64,000 bases of DNA from Laetmonice hystrix (Eukaryota), in the NCBI GenBank assembly GCA_965235115.1, contig OZ249436.1, forward strand, positions 50,222,001-50,286,000, written 5' to 3'. Under the pieces are notes generated by a model. That model ran no database searches, was not told where the DNA came from, and saw only the letters and a list, made by a program, of their open reading frames with translations. The first letter of the stretch is position 1. Every line of letters starts with the position of its first letter. Positions 50,501 through 64,000 of the stretch are shown here, one piece after another. A program made the position numbers and the translations under genes.

Positions 50501-53500
50501 AGTAGGTTAATAATTTTACAATACGGTATATATTATAGGCGCCTCTTTATATGAGGGGATGGCAAGAACTCCCAACTGGGAGGGGTTTTTGGTCGTAATA
50601 TCGTCAAGCTCAAAATGTGAATTATTCCGTTCTTTTGGATTTGCTCTTGATATCTTCTTCATGCGAGTTCCCTGTAACGAGGGACAATAACCGCTCACCA
50701 TATTGTAATCGCAATTGTTTTATGCCTATCCATGCCTTTCTATACAATTTTAATGTTGTAGATTAATTGAAATTGTGCTTTTGAAAGCCACTTACGAAGC
50801 AGGGGCTTGCGATACGAGCTGATTAGGGTCTGAGGCGATTTGGCAATCAGATGAGGCTTTAAAAATTGTCGTTGTTCTTTGTTGTTGCCGTTTTTTTAGA
50901 AAGATGGTCCTTTGTCAATAGTTATTTTTCAACAAATATAAAGAATAATAGGACTATGTCGGTAAAAAATGACGGAATCTTCCGAGTTACTGGTGCTGCT
51001 TTTATAAATAGTAAAACTAAACAAGAAAATTAACGATATCAATGACTTAATGATGTCCCAGGGATGCGATTTTAGAGCATGTATACAATTTGTTTGAACT
51101 TCATTTCCGTTTAGTAAAGCCTTTTAAAAGCTTAGCGCGTATGTTCCATACATTATTGGTCGTCGATTTGTGCAAAATAATAATCAAGGTACAGGGCTCT
51201 GGTGTGCTCTTATAGGATTTTCTGATTTCGGCTTGGCCCTCATACCGCATTCAGCGCACCGCTGAAAGTAATTGAATTAATGAGGACTAGCATTCTTTAT
51301 TAATTGATTTCATTGTAGCAGACTAAGCTGTTCTTGACTATGTTCCATATAAAGCATATAAAGTCGCTCGCAAAAACTTTCATATCAGCGACGATATTGC
51401 GTTATTTGTTATTACTCAAAATTATATTAATTCTTTCCTTGTGATACAGTCTGCCGGGCGGACCCAGTGACAATGAAGGTTTTAAATAAAGTCCAAATTG
51501 TGGAAGCGAGAAAATGCCCGATGTCCTGCGCTAACTTATGCAGATAAAAGAGCATGCAAAGAGCCACGCTCCTGTGTATAAACACACGTGTGCAAAAGAG
51601 TAAATGACGTCGTCTATTTCAATGAAATTGAGACCAGATCAATAAAGTCAAGGAACTACTGAAATCATTAAACCAATAGACGTGGCGTTTCCAGAGAGTT
51701 GTCTGTTTCAAGATGTTTTCCTCAATATCTCTTTGCTTATGGGGACACACCGTCGAGTTGTTCTTTTATCGTGCCTCAAATTCTATATAAAATACAAACA
51801 TACTTAGAATTGCTCCTTCATCCCATGACCAGAGATGAGTAGGGAGTAAGACACACAGAATGGCTCCTTCATCCCATGACCAGAGATGAGGAGGGAGTAA
51901 GACATACAGAATGGCTCCTTCATCCCATGACCAGACATGAGGAGGGAGTAAGACACACAGAATGGCTCCTTCATCCCATGACCAGAGATGAGGAGGGAGT
52001 AAGACACACAGAATGGCTCCTTTATCCCATAATCAGAGATGAGGAGGGAGTAAGACACACAGAATGGCTCCTTCATCCCATGATCAGAGATGAGGAGGGA
52101 GTAAGACACACAGAATGGCTCCTTCATCCAATGACTATAGATGAGGAGGGAGTAAGACACACAGAATGGCTCCTTTATCCCATGACCAGAGATGGGGAGG
52201 GAGTAAGACACACAGAATGGCTCCTTTATCCCATGACCAGAGATGGGGAGGGAGTAAGACACACAGAATGGCTCCTTCATCCAATGACTATAGATGAGGA
52301 GGGAGTAAGACACACAGAATGACTCCTTCATCCCATGACCAGACATGAGGAGGGAGTAAGACACACAGAATGGCTCCTTTATCCCATGACCAGAGATGGG
52401 GAGGGAGTAAGACACACAGAATGGCTCCTTCATCCCATGACCAGAGATGGGGAGGGAGTAAGACACACAGAATGGCTCCTTCATCCCATGACCAGAGATG
52501 AGGAGGGAGTAAGACACACAGAATGGCTCCTTCATCCCATGACCAGACATGAGGAGGGAGTAAGACACACAGAATGACTCCTTCATCCCATGACCAGAGA
52601 TGAGGAGGGAGTAAGACACACAGAATGGCTCCTTCATCCCATGACCAGAGATGGGGAGGGAGTAAGACACACAGAATGGCTCCTTCATCCCATGACCAGA
52701 GATGGGGAGGGAGTAAGACACACAGAATGGCTCCTTCATCCCATGACCAGACATGAGGAGGGAGTAAGACACACAGAATGGCTCCTTCATCCCATGACCA
52801 GAGATGGGGAGGGAGTAACACACACAGAATGGCTCCTTCATCCCATGACCAGAGATGTGGAGGGAGTACTGCGACTACTCGTCGTGTGGCAGTTGTTCGC
52901 CCACTCACGCCGCAGACATATGTCACGAGGTCACGATTGACGATAATAACACATTTCTTTCTCACAGCTCCGATACGATTACATGTCCTTCTTCCTGTTT
53001 CTCGGCACCGATTACAAGAATAAGCCCATTAATACCGTTCAAACCTTTACTAAACGTGCAGGTCTTGGACACTTAGAGAAGAGTACCCGACTTGTGTCAC
53101 GAATTGTCCCCTTAAATATACGTTCCCGTATTTGATCTAATAATAGCCCTTTGCATGAGAAAAACAGACTTTTGCCTTTTCTGGTCCAAGAGAAGTTATA
53201 GATGGTTTCGTCAGAATTAATTCTGGCATGAAGGTGGGAGGTGAAAAGGTAAACATTTACCGTATCATTACTTAGACCCACAAATAACGGGCAGTAGTAG
53301 GAAAGAAAAGGCGAGAGAGTTCAGGACTAAGACAAACTGAAGCCTTAGCACTGATGTCATCCATCATTAGACACTGTAATATCATAGTACCAGTCCAGCA
53401 ATGACTATATTGGATTTTGTGAAGGAGAAGGTCGAGTACCACATGATGTGTGTCAAAGATTTTCTTTCTTCTTAAAGATAGAAGGGACTCACACCTACTA

Positions 53501-56500
53501 ATCCTTATGCATAGCAGATCCGCTGATCCTGACTATGTGGACAGGCGGTTACTCCATACTAGGCTTCATGACAATAAAACGCTAATAGTTCCTCGGCCAA
53601 AAAAGAATGTACTCAGAAGAAGTGTTGGCTTTAGAGGAGCAGTCATGTGGAATGCGATGGACACAAACCTAAAGCAGATCTCGGACATTAAACTGTTTAA
53701 AAATGCCCAGAAAAGATTACTACGATCTAAACTCGCAAATCTAATGGATACCTGAAAACGGCCGTGTTATCATTTCTAAACTATTCATCAAACACATTTC
53801 ATCTCATTTCAAAATGGGTTTATATGTATACATGTACTACACTGGGTTAACAATGCCATCATCAATTGTTTAATTTAACTGACTATATTAAGCGCCAGCA
53901 AGTCTTTACTGACGCCATCTACTAGTTATTAGTTAATTTTACCACATATCGCCATAATGTTAAACCCGCAGCTGGACGGTTTTGAAAACCGGTACTCTCT
54001 GTACTTGTACCGAAAACTTTTCCAGGATAAATAAACGAATCTAAAAAAAAAAATTTGCACAGATCTGTCCGGAGTCGGTCCTAGTCCAGTCGGATTGCGT
54101 TGACCAAAATGTGTGGTCGAAATAAAAGGGTCATCATATCGAATATAAAACATAATTATTTCATTACTATTGGAAAGTCGGGTATTTCTTAGTGCTGGAC
54201 CATCAATATCTCGATTAGTCGATGACTATAGAGAACTACCCACTCCCAGGGAAACAATGAAGAAAATTGTCAGTGTCCACAACGGCACCATGGCACACTT
54301 CTGTGCAATGTGTATGCTTATCTTGAAGCGAACAACGGTGGTGCTCCAGTACGTCGCCAAGTCTTTCCCGGAGCTAGTCTCTGACTCAAGAAACGTCCTT
54401 CGAGGTAGGGCCAGGGGCGCCGGAAGCAAATTATTATTGGGGGGGGGGGGCAAGAGAGCTGAAGCGAAAGTCATAGGCTACAACATGTTTAGTGAAGCAT
54501 GGTCGGAGGCCCTCCCCGAGAAAATTTTGAAAACTACACACCCTAAAACGCTTTTCTACACCACTTTGAGGCAAATTTTTTTTATGTTTTGAAGGCGTGA
54601 ATGAACAGATTACAATGTATCAATAGGACAATCGACCCCGTCTTTGACGCACCCAAGTCATGGTTTCAACAGGCCTACTGTATGTGGAAAAACTGCATTT
54701 TTTTTCATTCATTATCACAGATTATTGGGGGGGGGGGGATGCCCCCCAACCAGATTATTGAGGGGGCGGCCCCCCTGCCCCCCCCCCCCCCGATTCTGGC
54801 GGCTATGGGCAAGACGACACATATTGAAACCACTGAACACATCAAGTCTGACCCTTTTAGCATTATTGTGGTCGTTATCATGTATAAGACAAAGGCCAAA
54901 GTAAAATAAATCTTAGATTCAGCAATCCCCCGAAATGTATGATTGCAAAGTTTATTAACGTCCTACCTGGAGTGGTTGTAGGTGGCCTCGTCTGTCTCTC
55001 CAGGCGACGCTCGGAACCTGTCACAAATGGATCTGAAACATCAGTCAACAGACACGAGCGGTGTTAGTTAATGGGTTAGTACCGTGCAGGATGTAAGCAT
55101 TAGCAAACGTATAGGCGTCAGTACAGGCGTCAGGGCGGCAAGCTTACACTCTTTATGTGGGTAGGGGTGTGGCGTCTAAGGGCGCCATAAAACCTTGGTC
55201 TGCAGGTCTCGGGTTGAAGTGCCCAGACGCTCGTCAAGAGTGCAGACTTCCTAGTTCTTGCAGGGCTCCTTTCGAAGAGACTGGACGGTGTAGCCATCAG
55301 TATGACCACAGTTCAGACACCAAGGCTGAGATATTCCCCAGGTAATTCTCAGCACTTTCAAACGTTTGCCTCTCAGTTTCGCGCGAGAACTATAGCAGCT
55401 GGTGTGCGATCGATATTGGACCCCCACTAAAAAAGGACCCGGGTCCATGATCGGGGGGGGGGTCCAAATTTGATATCACACCTGTAGTAAGAAACGCTTG
55501 CCGTGATGAAGTGGACAGTGGGACCTGCTAAATGCCAGGCAGGTGGTCTACTGGTAGAAATAATAGCTCGGTGGATTAAAAAAGTATCCTGTCCGTTGCT
55601 ATCATTTTGAATCTCACCAATTACAATGCACCAAGGTGTATCTTTAGGTTTGACAAATCCTTTTAAAAATCATTTTAAGCCGCGTCGCTCACGTTAATGA
55701 CGAATAGAATGTACAAAAAGTCTTTCCAACCAAAAGCCCCTTCTTTCAACTAATTTTGGCGAAGCAAAACGTTATTTTGGCAAAACCGGCACCAGTGTAT
55801 GAAGAATCGCTCAAACGGGACAAGTCTAGTCATGGTAAATTAGAAAATTGAAACAACCCTTTCCGTTAACAGAAGAGGTGCTAGGTAATATTTGAGTAGT
55901 ATCAAGACAAGGAAAGGCACAGAGGTCGGCGGCCTACATGGCGGATTAAAGTTTGCCACTTACCAAAGACGATGTGGAGGAGGCCTGCTCCAGCCATGTT
56001 TTCCACCTGGATTACTGATTAAGATTTAACAATGGAGACAATTCCTAGGTAGGTACTAAACACATGTTCGAAACGGTCTAAATAGGATGGTGAAAAAGCA
56101 GCAAGTCTGGGTCTGGCTAATGGAGTTGAGGTGTTTCTTCGTATAATTGATCGTTAACGGGGAGAACACTCGGTGTTTGCCGGTTTGGTTTTCTATTTAA
56201 AAAACAAGAATTCCGACAATTGAAGAGCGTTTTCTTGGTGCCTGAAACATTCACAATAATGAGCGCCTATATGAACGAATACGGGGCCAATGTTCTACGG
56301 TTTAAACCCCTGACTTGACAGCTTACAACTTGATGCAGATTTTCGCACCTGGAGCCATTTTGATTGTTCTGAAGCTTCTGATCGGTAACTACATGCACGG
56401 GACCTTGGGGGCGCTTCTTATCCTGTGGCTAGACATCTTAAGTTTGCCTTGAAGGAGGGACCCAAAACTAAAGGGGTCGTCAAGGGGGCTCAACGGTTCT

Positions 56501-58694
56501 CATGCAATGATCAAACAGATAAGAAGGAACAACCACTTTGTTAAACCTCCTTTGTTAGGAGCCTTCTGCTTGATGCTGGCCTCGGAAGGCCATTTCAAAC
56601 ATGAAAATAACGTTTCACACCGCATTGAACTAAACATTTCTAGGTCTGCCGCCGCAAACATCAAACCGTGCATATTCACGCCATCAACGTAACTTGATAT
56701 TGCTTTGTTATTTTATGCTATTATTAGGCCGCCTGGTATCCCGGTATTAAACATTGACTTCATTAGGACTACGCGGAACATGGTAAAGTCGAGGATCTCG
56801 CGGCAATGTCCATCAATCCTAAACAAATCAGTGGACTGGAGAGGGCACGATTCCTGGAATTCCTTGGGTCCTACTCATGCTGTTATTATTAGTGCGTGGA
56901 ACACCACAATCGTCTCCAACTTTTGTGTTTGTGAAATGATGCAGAATATGCGTAATGGACAACTTTTCTGTCTATATTTATATCTGTACTTTAACAAATC
57001 TAGTTATTGCGAGTTGTTAGGTAATGGGATATTGAAAATCAACATTGGTGGGATTTATTATTTAAAGATTTTTATACGCGTAGAGGTCATAATAATTATA
57101 GTGTGTGTGTCCACACTGACGGAACAACGTCAGTAAAATAGAAGTATAAATAGGAAAATAGAAGGCTATACTCACTGCCTGGCTCTCCTTTCTGTCCTTT
57201 AAGGCCTAGCTGACCTGTTGGCCCAGGGGGGCCTGGGGGGCCCGGCAGCCCTTCCAATATTGGGCCTGAAAAAAAGAGAGACTATTTTTTACTGCGCGTA
57301 GGTTATGGCCTATGACCATTTAAGAACCTTGGGTTCCCATGTCTACTGACTTTCTGGTAACATAACGGCTCTTTTCCTGGCTTTAAGAACGAGCAGAACC
57401 TGGAATCATGATTCGTTATAGTGAATAGAGTGAATGAATTAGTCAAGTTGCTCTGACTTCATATGATATCGTGTTGTGTCGTCTCCTTGCGCGGCGGTAA
57501 GACATGCGGTAAGCCCTGCGCTTGATGCTTCTTAGCCCGATTCATACACGCCTACATTATAGGTGGCTGGTCACCAGCAACCGCTAAACTTTCTATAAAA
57601 CCTGCATACCATATGACATTGTAGGAGTCTGCTAGGACAATGGGGAGAGGCAAGGGGGGGCTTGCTAGGGCCGTACGCAGCCTAAAATTGTTAGGGGGAG
57701 GCAGGCCTAGGTTTGGAAGGATCGATTCACACCAAGAATCCACCATTCTTGTTCCCACCCTTAATAAGGGCACCTGCTGGTAAAAAGGGCACTTTTCACC
57801 ATGATTACTGGGGGCTAGCCCCAGGTACGACCCTGCTTGCCCCCCTTTGAGTTGGTCAGAGTAAGCAAAAAAGGTTAGGACGCTAGTGTTCATTATAATG
57901 TTGAAGATTCTGTAGAAAAAGAGATTGCATACATAATTATTCAAACATTACGTGTGATATAAAATAGTGAAGAATCGTTCTGGGCAGCTTATAAATATTA
58001 CAGCTCCCCATCCTGGAATCCGATTTCTCTCCGGTAATCTCCATCCTGTAGAATCATGAAATTAGAAACGCCCTTCCCTTTTCTTCCTTGATGCTGGCAG
58101 TAATACTGTAGGCCCGAACATCGCGCATCTAATCCTCTCAGCCTTACTCACTCACTCATGCGCCAAGTTAGGGTACTAAAGGGAATAGGAAACGATAATG
58201 TTCATGACTTACTTATCCTCCAACATGACCACTGATACATAATACCTCATGTGGTGCCCCACATGTATAGTGGTCCTTACGTCACTATGACTACATTTAA
58301 CAGCAGGGAATTATGTCATGTTTCACATCTAACTACTGGCAAACATAAAATGCACGACTTACCCGGTGGTCCAGGGGGTCCCGGGTGGCCTGGCAGCCAA
58401 ATTTAACAGAAAACACAAGTGAGAAACTGATTTGCCATTTAGAATTTAGTCTACCATCTTAAAACCTATTTTAGTTCCGGATGTACAGAAGCATGATGGG
58501 TAAGCATCTTGGCGCGTGTAGGCGAGGGGAACGAAAACGATATAAATTTTTGCATGTTTCAATGGCTTATCTTATCTTATAACAGGTTCGGCGGATACTG
58601 CGCCCACAGAAATATGCATGTTTCAACATTTTATGAAATAAAAAGAAATAGGCTATATCGAAAAAAAGTTGGTTGTTGCTAACTTTCCGGTTTC

Positions 58695-58742
<48 letters not shown>

Positions 58743-58762
58743 GAGAGAGAGACAGACAGACA

Positions 58763-58814
<52 letters not shown>

Positions 58815-60732
58815 AGAGAGAGAGACAGGCAGACAGACAGACAGAGAGAGAGAGACAGAGAGAGAGAGATAGAAAGACAGAGACAGAGAGATAGAAAGAC
58901 AGAGACAGAGAGTGAATCAATACCCTTCATATTCATTTGCCCATTAATACATTAGTTTTATTATGGCTCTACTTCCCAGAGGATCGAACAGGGCTCTCAG
59001 AAGAAGAACTGTCAGTGTCGCTGAGCTCTGCCGGATGTAGACCTACGATTGATTGCTTCCGTTTAGTCCCCCCAGGTAAAACCGTTCTGACCTATACGAA
59101 CGTCAACAGATCTGTGTGCATGCGGTAAATGTGGAATAGATGAAATAACTGTCACTAAAAATGGTATCAGACCTGCACATCTGGCAATGACGGCCCCAGA
59201 TCTATCCTCTCAAACTGGTAATCCAAGTAGAAATAACCTACATCGCTATTTTTGGCATGGGAAGAGCAGAAATAGCTTTAGATAATATACCAGTCAAACA
59301 GAGCAGTATTTGTCATCAATGAGCACTTTCCGAGATGGTAGTTTCTCTTATTGCCTGGCGCAGACGAGGAACTCGTCTCGCACAACGTAAGCCCCTACTC
59401 ACTCCGTCAACATGTTTTGTGTTTTCCTTCTGTCACGCAGTCAGACGTTCGCGTGGATGGCCAAACGCAGTTTATGATTACTTTGTCAACACCACCACCT
59501 CTACCCAACTCTTTGTCAACACCACAGTGGCTCTTAAAAAACAATTTTAGTTGGTGGCAGATTCTGTAATGCGCAGTGCACTTTGAGCCAACAATGCGCG
59601 AGCAGGATCCATATAGAATACCACTCGTCAACAAAAGCGGTGTGTCAGTGCTCGTCAGATAGGTTTGTAATGTATGCAATGTAAAATTGGTAACCCTGGG
59701 TATACATTAAAATATGATATCCAGGGGAAGCTCTACATTAAAGTGTTCCATTTACAAAAAATCGATAATGATGATACCGTTGATGTCCATGTCCCTTTAC
59801 TTATTTACCGGAAATCACGAATTTCGAAATACAGCCAACAAAATGCACTTAGATGTTTTAAATTATTTCAAACTGGTTATTCAAATCCAAGTGTGCAAGC
59901 CGAACGTGAGAGAGAGAAATTAAATGGACCGATAGCTGTATCAAACCGTCATGTGTGGCTAACCAGACACGTCAAAACGACGACGAGGGACAGGGCGGCA
60001 CGTCTGCTAATATTTAATAGAATTCTGTAATAACATCCGGAAACGGTGACGTCATTGTGACTTATACCTATTAATAGCATTTAAATCCAACAGCTTGAAA
60101 CCATGTAACTACACTGTATGGCATATTTTATGCCTCAAAATAACTTTAGCAAAAGGCAAAGTGTGCGATCACGTCACGGGGGATATAAATAAAATGTCGA
60201 TTGAAAATTTTATACAACGAATTGTGAGAAAATAAATGTGCAAAACAGTAATGATTCAAAGATCAAGGGAAAAATTACATTAGGTCGACTCGACAAATAT
60301 GTAGCTGAAGTTATTCGATCCGAAAGTTAACGCTGTAATCTGTCGATTACTATAATAGCAAAGGACAGCTGACACTGAACGCTTGGATATTGTAGTATTA
60401 CGACATCCGAGCACTTCTACAGTACTTCATACAGGTGTCTTAAACTTCTGCAATCACAAGTTCATCTAAATCTAGTTACATATTAACACACCGCAGGCAC
60501 TACACACATTGGTTACACTGGGCATACACAAAGAAACAATGGCCGCATCACATGTAATCACCAAACCGAGGTGGTTCGGTTGGTAAACAGGCCAAGCTCG
60601 TCATAACATAGAGTTTCTTCTTTTTGCCTTCGTCAAAGAAGAATATCAAGAACCTGGGTTGCATCGCTTGCCAGTAAAGCAACAAAACACAACGGATGTA
60701 CTAAAATCGGGGTTTTTCACAGAGAGTTCCTC

Positions 60733-60775
<43 letters not shown>

Positions 60776-63159
60776 TGGAGTGAAAGCTACAGAGCGTCTG
60801 GGAGATACACGTCACGTCGAGGGGGTCTGAGAGAGGAGCTGTAGATAAAGCAGGATGGAGGGGCACGGGTAACAAAGGCATGTATAGGTCCGATAGGTTT
60901 ACCGCGCTGGTAGTGCAGGCTATAGATACATATCAAACAACGTGCAGGGTCGGTGAGCACCTGGTTCGCCTTTGTAGCCTATGAAGCCTATCAGCCCGCG
61001 CTTGCCTTTCTCGCCTGGATCTCCCTTCTCCCCTTTGTCACCTGTCCAAAACACCACGTGAACAGACATGCAGCAAGGTGCCGGTCCCTTGGCGGCAATA
61101 AAACAAGAAGAAAGACCTGACGCTTTAACCATATGAAGTTAAAAATGTATTCCTTTAATATTTCTCCGCGAACCGCATGAAAATGCAACCAATGGGCGTC
61201 TTTAAATTTTATCATTCTAAATTATTATTCTAAACTCTAATTATATTGCTTTATGGAAAATGATAACACAGGTAACATAATCATTACTGCCAAATAATAC
61301 GTATCTTATTCAAGAAAACAGAAGTAATTCAGAAAAACTTTGGCCTCTTTGCCTTAATCTTTGTATTTTTCCTGGTCTACAGATAAAATTAGCTTGTTCA
61401 TTACTGATTCAAAATTAGGAATATTGTTATGTTAAACCATGACGTATACAATAAAAAAACTTATTCTGACAAGAACTTTCGTCAGGCCTTTCTCTGGTTC
61501 AACTTTGCCTTAGCGGGTGACCATCGAGGTTACAAAGAGACCAGAGGGGACGTATGTCCAAATGTATACCATTTGTATATTAAGTAAATCTGATACCACA
61601 TTCAGAAATAGGAAAAATACCGTCTAAATAAAGTGATGGATTGCAGCTGGGTGAAAGGGTCCGTTTCACTGCACAGAGTTGGGGACTTTGGATTGTTCTA
61701 ACATATCCTCGGCATTGGCTTTCATTTGAACATACATCTAATATGGTCATGTCTGTTTTAGTACATCTGGAAAATAATGCAGTGAGTAAAACGAGCATTT
61801 CAGGGATTATCCGAGAATGTTATTGTTAATTATGTTGAAAATTGTCATAAATCAGGCTTGAAAAATTAATAGCCGTTCCACAAAAAAATCATTACACATC
61901 AACTATTATGATTTATTACTACAAAAACCTGACTACTATATTTGAAAAACGTACCAAAGTTGCATGGTTGAGCTATAGATAAGCTTGTGAACAGTTAGTA
62001 ATAATTATCGTGTCCTTATAAGATAAAGCAAATCAGGTTTTTAATAAAAAATCCTTAAAACCATTATTTATTTTATGAATCCTATATTAGTTCACGGGTC
62101 ATGCTTATGATGCACAAGCTCCAGGAGAGACTGGGGTGGGGGTCGGAGGGGGGGGGGAGCTGGGGGGGGGGCAGTGATCCCGACTCCGTGTCAATTCATG
62201 CACCGGCAGACTGACATGACAAAGGTTCTCCGCCAACTTGCAGGATTCTCGAGACAATCTAAGCTATACCACAATCCAGAATTAGCAACATTTCAATCTG
62301 AAGAAGCATACTTATGAAATGGTGAAACTCTCTGTTGATATCTGACATTTCAATAGACATTTAATTCCAATACAATTATATAGTGCACGATTCTGATTCA
62401 AATGTTGTAATTCAGGATATAAAATTCCCTTTTCAATACATGTATGATGTAAAGGACGACCATTTTGGTGTCTGAAATGCGCGCTTCGTGTAATATTATG
62501 GATATCGCAGCAGGTGATGTGGTCGAAACCAACATCTCTCAAACTTACATAGCGCGCTCCAGGAGAGACACATCATTACAAACCGAGGGGCGTCTACATT
62601 TACGGACATATTGGCCGGCCGACCGACTTTCAAAATGTAGGGGCATTTTTGAAGTGTATTTAATGTTGATAAAAATACGGTATACGATCAAATGCCAGCA
62701 TATAGGCCTACGTATACTTAGCAATGTATTGGCCTATCCCCAATTTTGTCTACGAAGCCCAAGCATAATGTACTAGTCAGAATTACCCACTTTCCTTACG
62801 TTTGAAACATGTCATCTATAGAGTCAGGAGTAACTATGCGATTTCTTAAATCGGTAAAGACAAACGTACGCCATAAGAGAACATTGGAGAATTTGGGGAG
62901 TACCTAACCACGTCGAGGTGGATCATCGTTTAAATGAAGTGTCGGTGGGTATACTTACAGGAGCAGTTGAAGGGGGCTGCTGCCGTTCCTGAGTCACCCT
63001 TGGGGCCGCGTTCACCCCTCATGCCGCGCGGGCCTGGCGGTCCTAGTTCGCCCATGTCACCCTTGGGTCCGGGAAGTCCTGGCAGACCCTCGGGCCCCAG
63101 CTTACCCCGCCGGCCCCGCGGCCCTGGCACTCCGGCAGACCCGTTCGTCCCAGACTCCC
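40751..63159 (-). CDS. Gliomedin/collomin-like collagen + olfactomedin protein, 5'-partial; exons complement(62959-63159, 60961-61041, 58363-58389, 57176-57265, 54967-55032, 42421-42477, 40751-41544)
   Basis: Gly-X-Y exons ([16 protein letters not shown]..., [31 protein letters not shown]), a Pro/Thr-rich linker ([21 protein letters not shown]), and a terminal olfactomedin domain ([60 protein letters not shown]). All are GT-AG phase-1 exons. Confidence 0.88.
47360..49358. repeat. 28-bp minisatellite, ~70 copies
   Basis: Unit tgtagtaggaacattgaccgtgctctac. Confidence 0.98.
49360..50570. mobile_element. Large palindrome containing a Kolobok-like element (TTAA 49502 to TTAA 50436)
   Basis: ~300-bp inverted arms. 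TTAA|AGGGAGGGTAAAC...GTTTACCCTTCCT|TTAA. Confidence 0.8.
49693..50025 (-). mobile_element. Full-length tRNA-derived SINE with TSD
   Basis: A box GGTGGCGCAGTGGTTAG, B box GGGTTCGATCC, core ggcacgataaagatccc, tail ggcgttaaacacc...actcactcac. 12-bp TSD CGGACGTTTACA (49681-49692 and 50026-50037). Confidence 0.9.
51806..52868. repeat. 51-bp minisatellite, ~21 copies
   Basis: Unit agaatggctccttcatcccatgaccagagatgaggagggagtaagacacac. Confidence 0.97.
53300..53760 (+). mobile_element. Degenerate 3' end of a non-LTR retrotransposon ORF2 (CR1/L2-group-like)
   Basis: [35 protein letters not shown]...IKLFKNAQK matches the typical LINE C-terminal pattern TR..L.VP....RSF..RG...WN.L.....FK..LK. Confidence 0.7.
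54412..54808. mobile_element. Probable MITE with G/C runs
   Basis: caggggcgccggaa ... ttctggcggctatg imperfect termini enclosing poly-G/poly-C tracts; no clear TSD. Confidence 0.4.
58700..58912. repeat. (GA)n/(GACA)n microsatellite
   Basis: Direct inspection. Confidence 0.97.
60733..60769. repeat. (GA)n microsatellite
   Basis: Direct inspection. Confidence 0.9.
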
Positions 63160-64000
63160 CTGTCCAGTGAGAACAACAACGTGTCAGACGGAACTTCATG
63201 GACTCGTCGGTCAGCATGCAATCAACCTGTGTGGACCCTTTAAAACTTTAAGTTAGGGCCCATGGAGGTGATAATTGAGTGACACAACATTGTCATTATA
63301 AAATATAAGGTCAGCAGTCGATAATACAGGACTATCATGACAATGAATAAAATTAGGAGACTATACAGTAACATGCAATGTAAGATAATACAACAAAAGA
63401 AGGAGTAGTGGCGGGCGGGTAAAAGCGTGCGGTCCGGCGGCTGGTGGCGACAGCCCGGCCAGGTGTGGGGGCCTGGGCCAAGTTTGTTTCGATATGAAGT
63501 CAGTGGGAGATCCATAGGGGGTGTTTCACTTATACCCCCATCACACTGTGTAAGGCGATCTAGCTGCCCTCCTGAAAATCGGCCAGATCGCCGTAGAGCG
63601 CGGATAGAGTGCCCTGAGATCCTTCTGAGCGTTGAAGCAGCGAGATAGTGTCTCCCTGGGTCGTCATTATGGTCACCATGAGCGCCATGAGCGGCGACCA
63701 ATTTTAAACATGCACAAAATTTACGCCGCGGGGTCACCGTGGATCTAAAAGCGCAGTTAGATCGTAATGCGATCACCATCAGCGTCCTAGGAGCGCAGTA
63801 CCAGATTCCTGAGATCGCAGGTCGAGCGCCAGTGAACGGGGTAGCACCGGCCTTCCCGTCCCATGGCGCTGGCCCGGCGCTCTTACCACGATGCTACCGA
63901 GACCTCGGTGACCCTAATGAGCCCTTTACACGCTGGGCAGGGTGCTGCCGCTGCGCTCATGACGTCAGAGCTGCGCTCTTGCTGCGCAGTGAGCACAGTG

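Noticed and set aside
51804..52965. 345-aa and 225-aa repeat ORFs
   Set aside because: A 51-bp unit is open in several frames on both strands; it is intronic with no domain or splice support.
58567..58936. ER/LS-repeat ORFs
   Set aside because: GA microsatellite.
63240..63960. 179-aa ORF and GC-rich end of the window
   Set aside because: No recognisable domain; probably a transposon remnant whose ends I could not define.

Overview
Eukaryotic (invertebrate animal, probably lophotrochozoan or deuterostome) genomic DNA with spliceosomal introns and many minisatellites, MITEs and SINEs. Genes: an intronless alkaline ceramidase (ACER, +, 1161-2030); an 18-exon NatC auxiliary subunit NAA35/MAK10 (+, 11614-19693) with a long N-terminal extension; a 3-exon C2CD4-family protein with tandem C2 domains (+, 25492-34334); and the 3' part of a gliomedin/collomin-like collagen + olfactomedin gene (-, 63159 to 40751, 5' end outside the window). 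The most interesting observation is a two-exon minus-strand gene (7863-7692 + 6962-6844) that the ORF track shows only in part. It encodes a 96-aa secreted, neuropeptide-precursor-like protein ending ...SRQSYGRGSIRAPRPFRFGPGGR-stop. Other highlights: a tandemly amplified exon end plus splice donor in NAA35, an IS3EU-like element inserted in the B box of a tRNA-SINE (with an uninterrupted copy elsewhere in the window), a 1.2-kb palindrome, and a GC-box minisatellite in the divergent intergenic region. All calls are by eye; no database searches were run.
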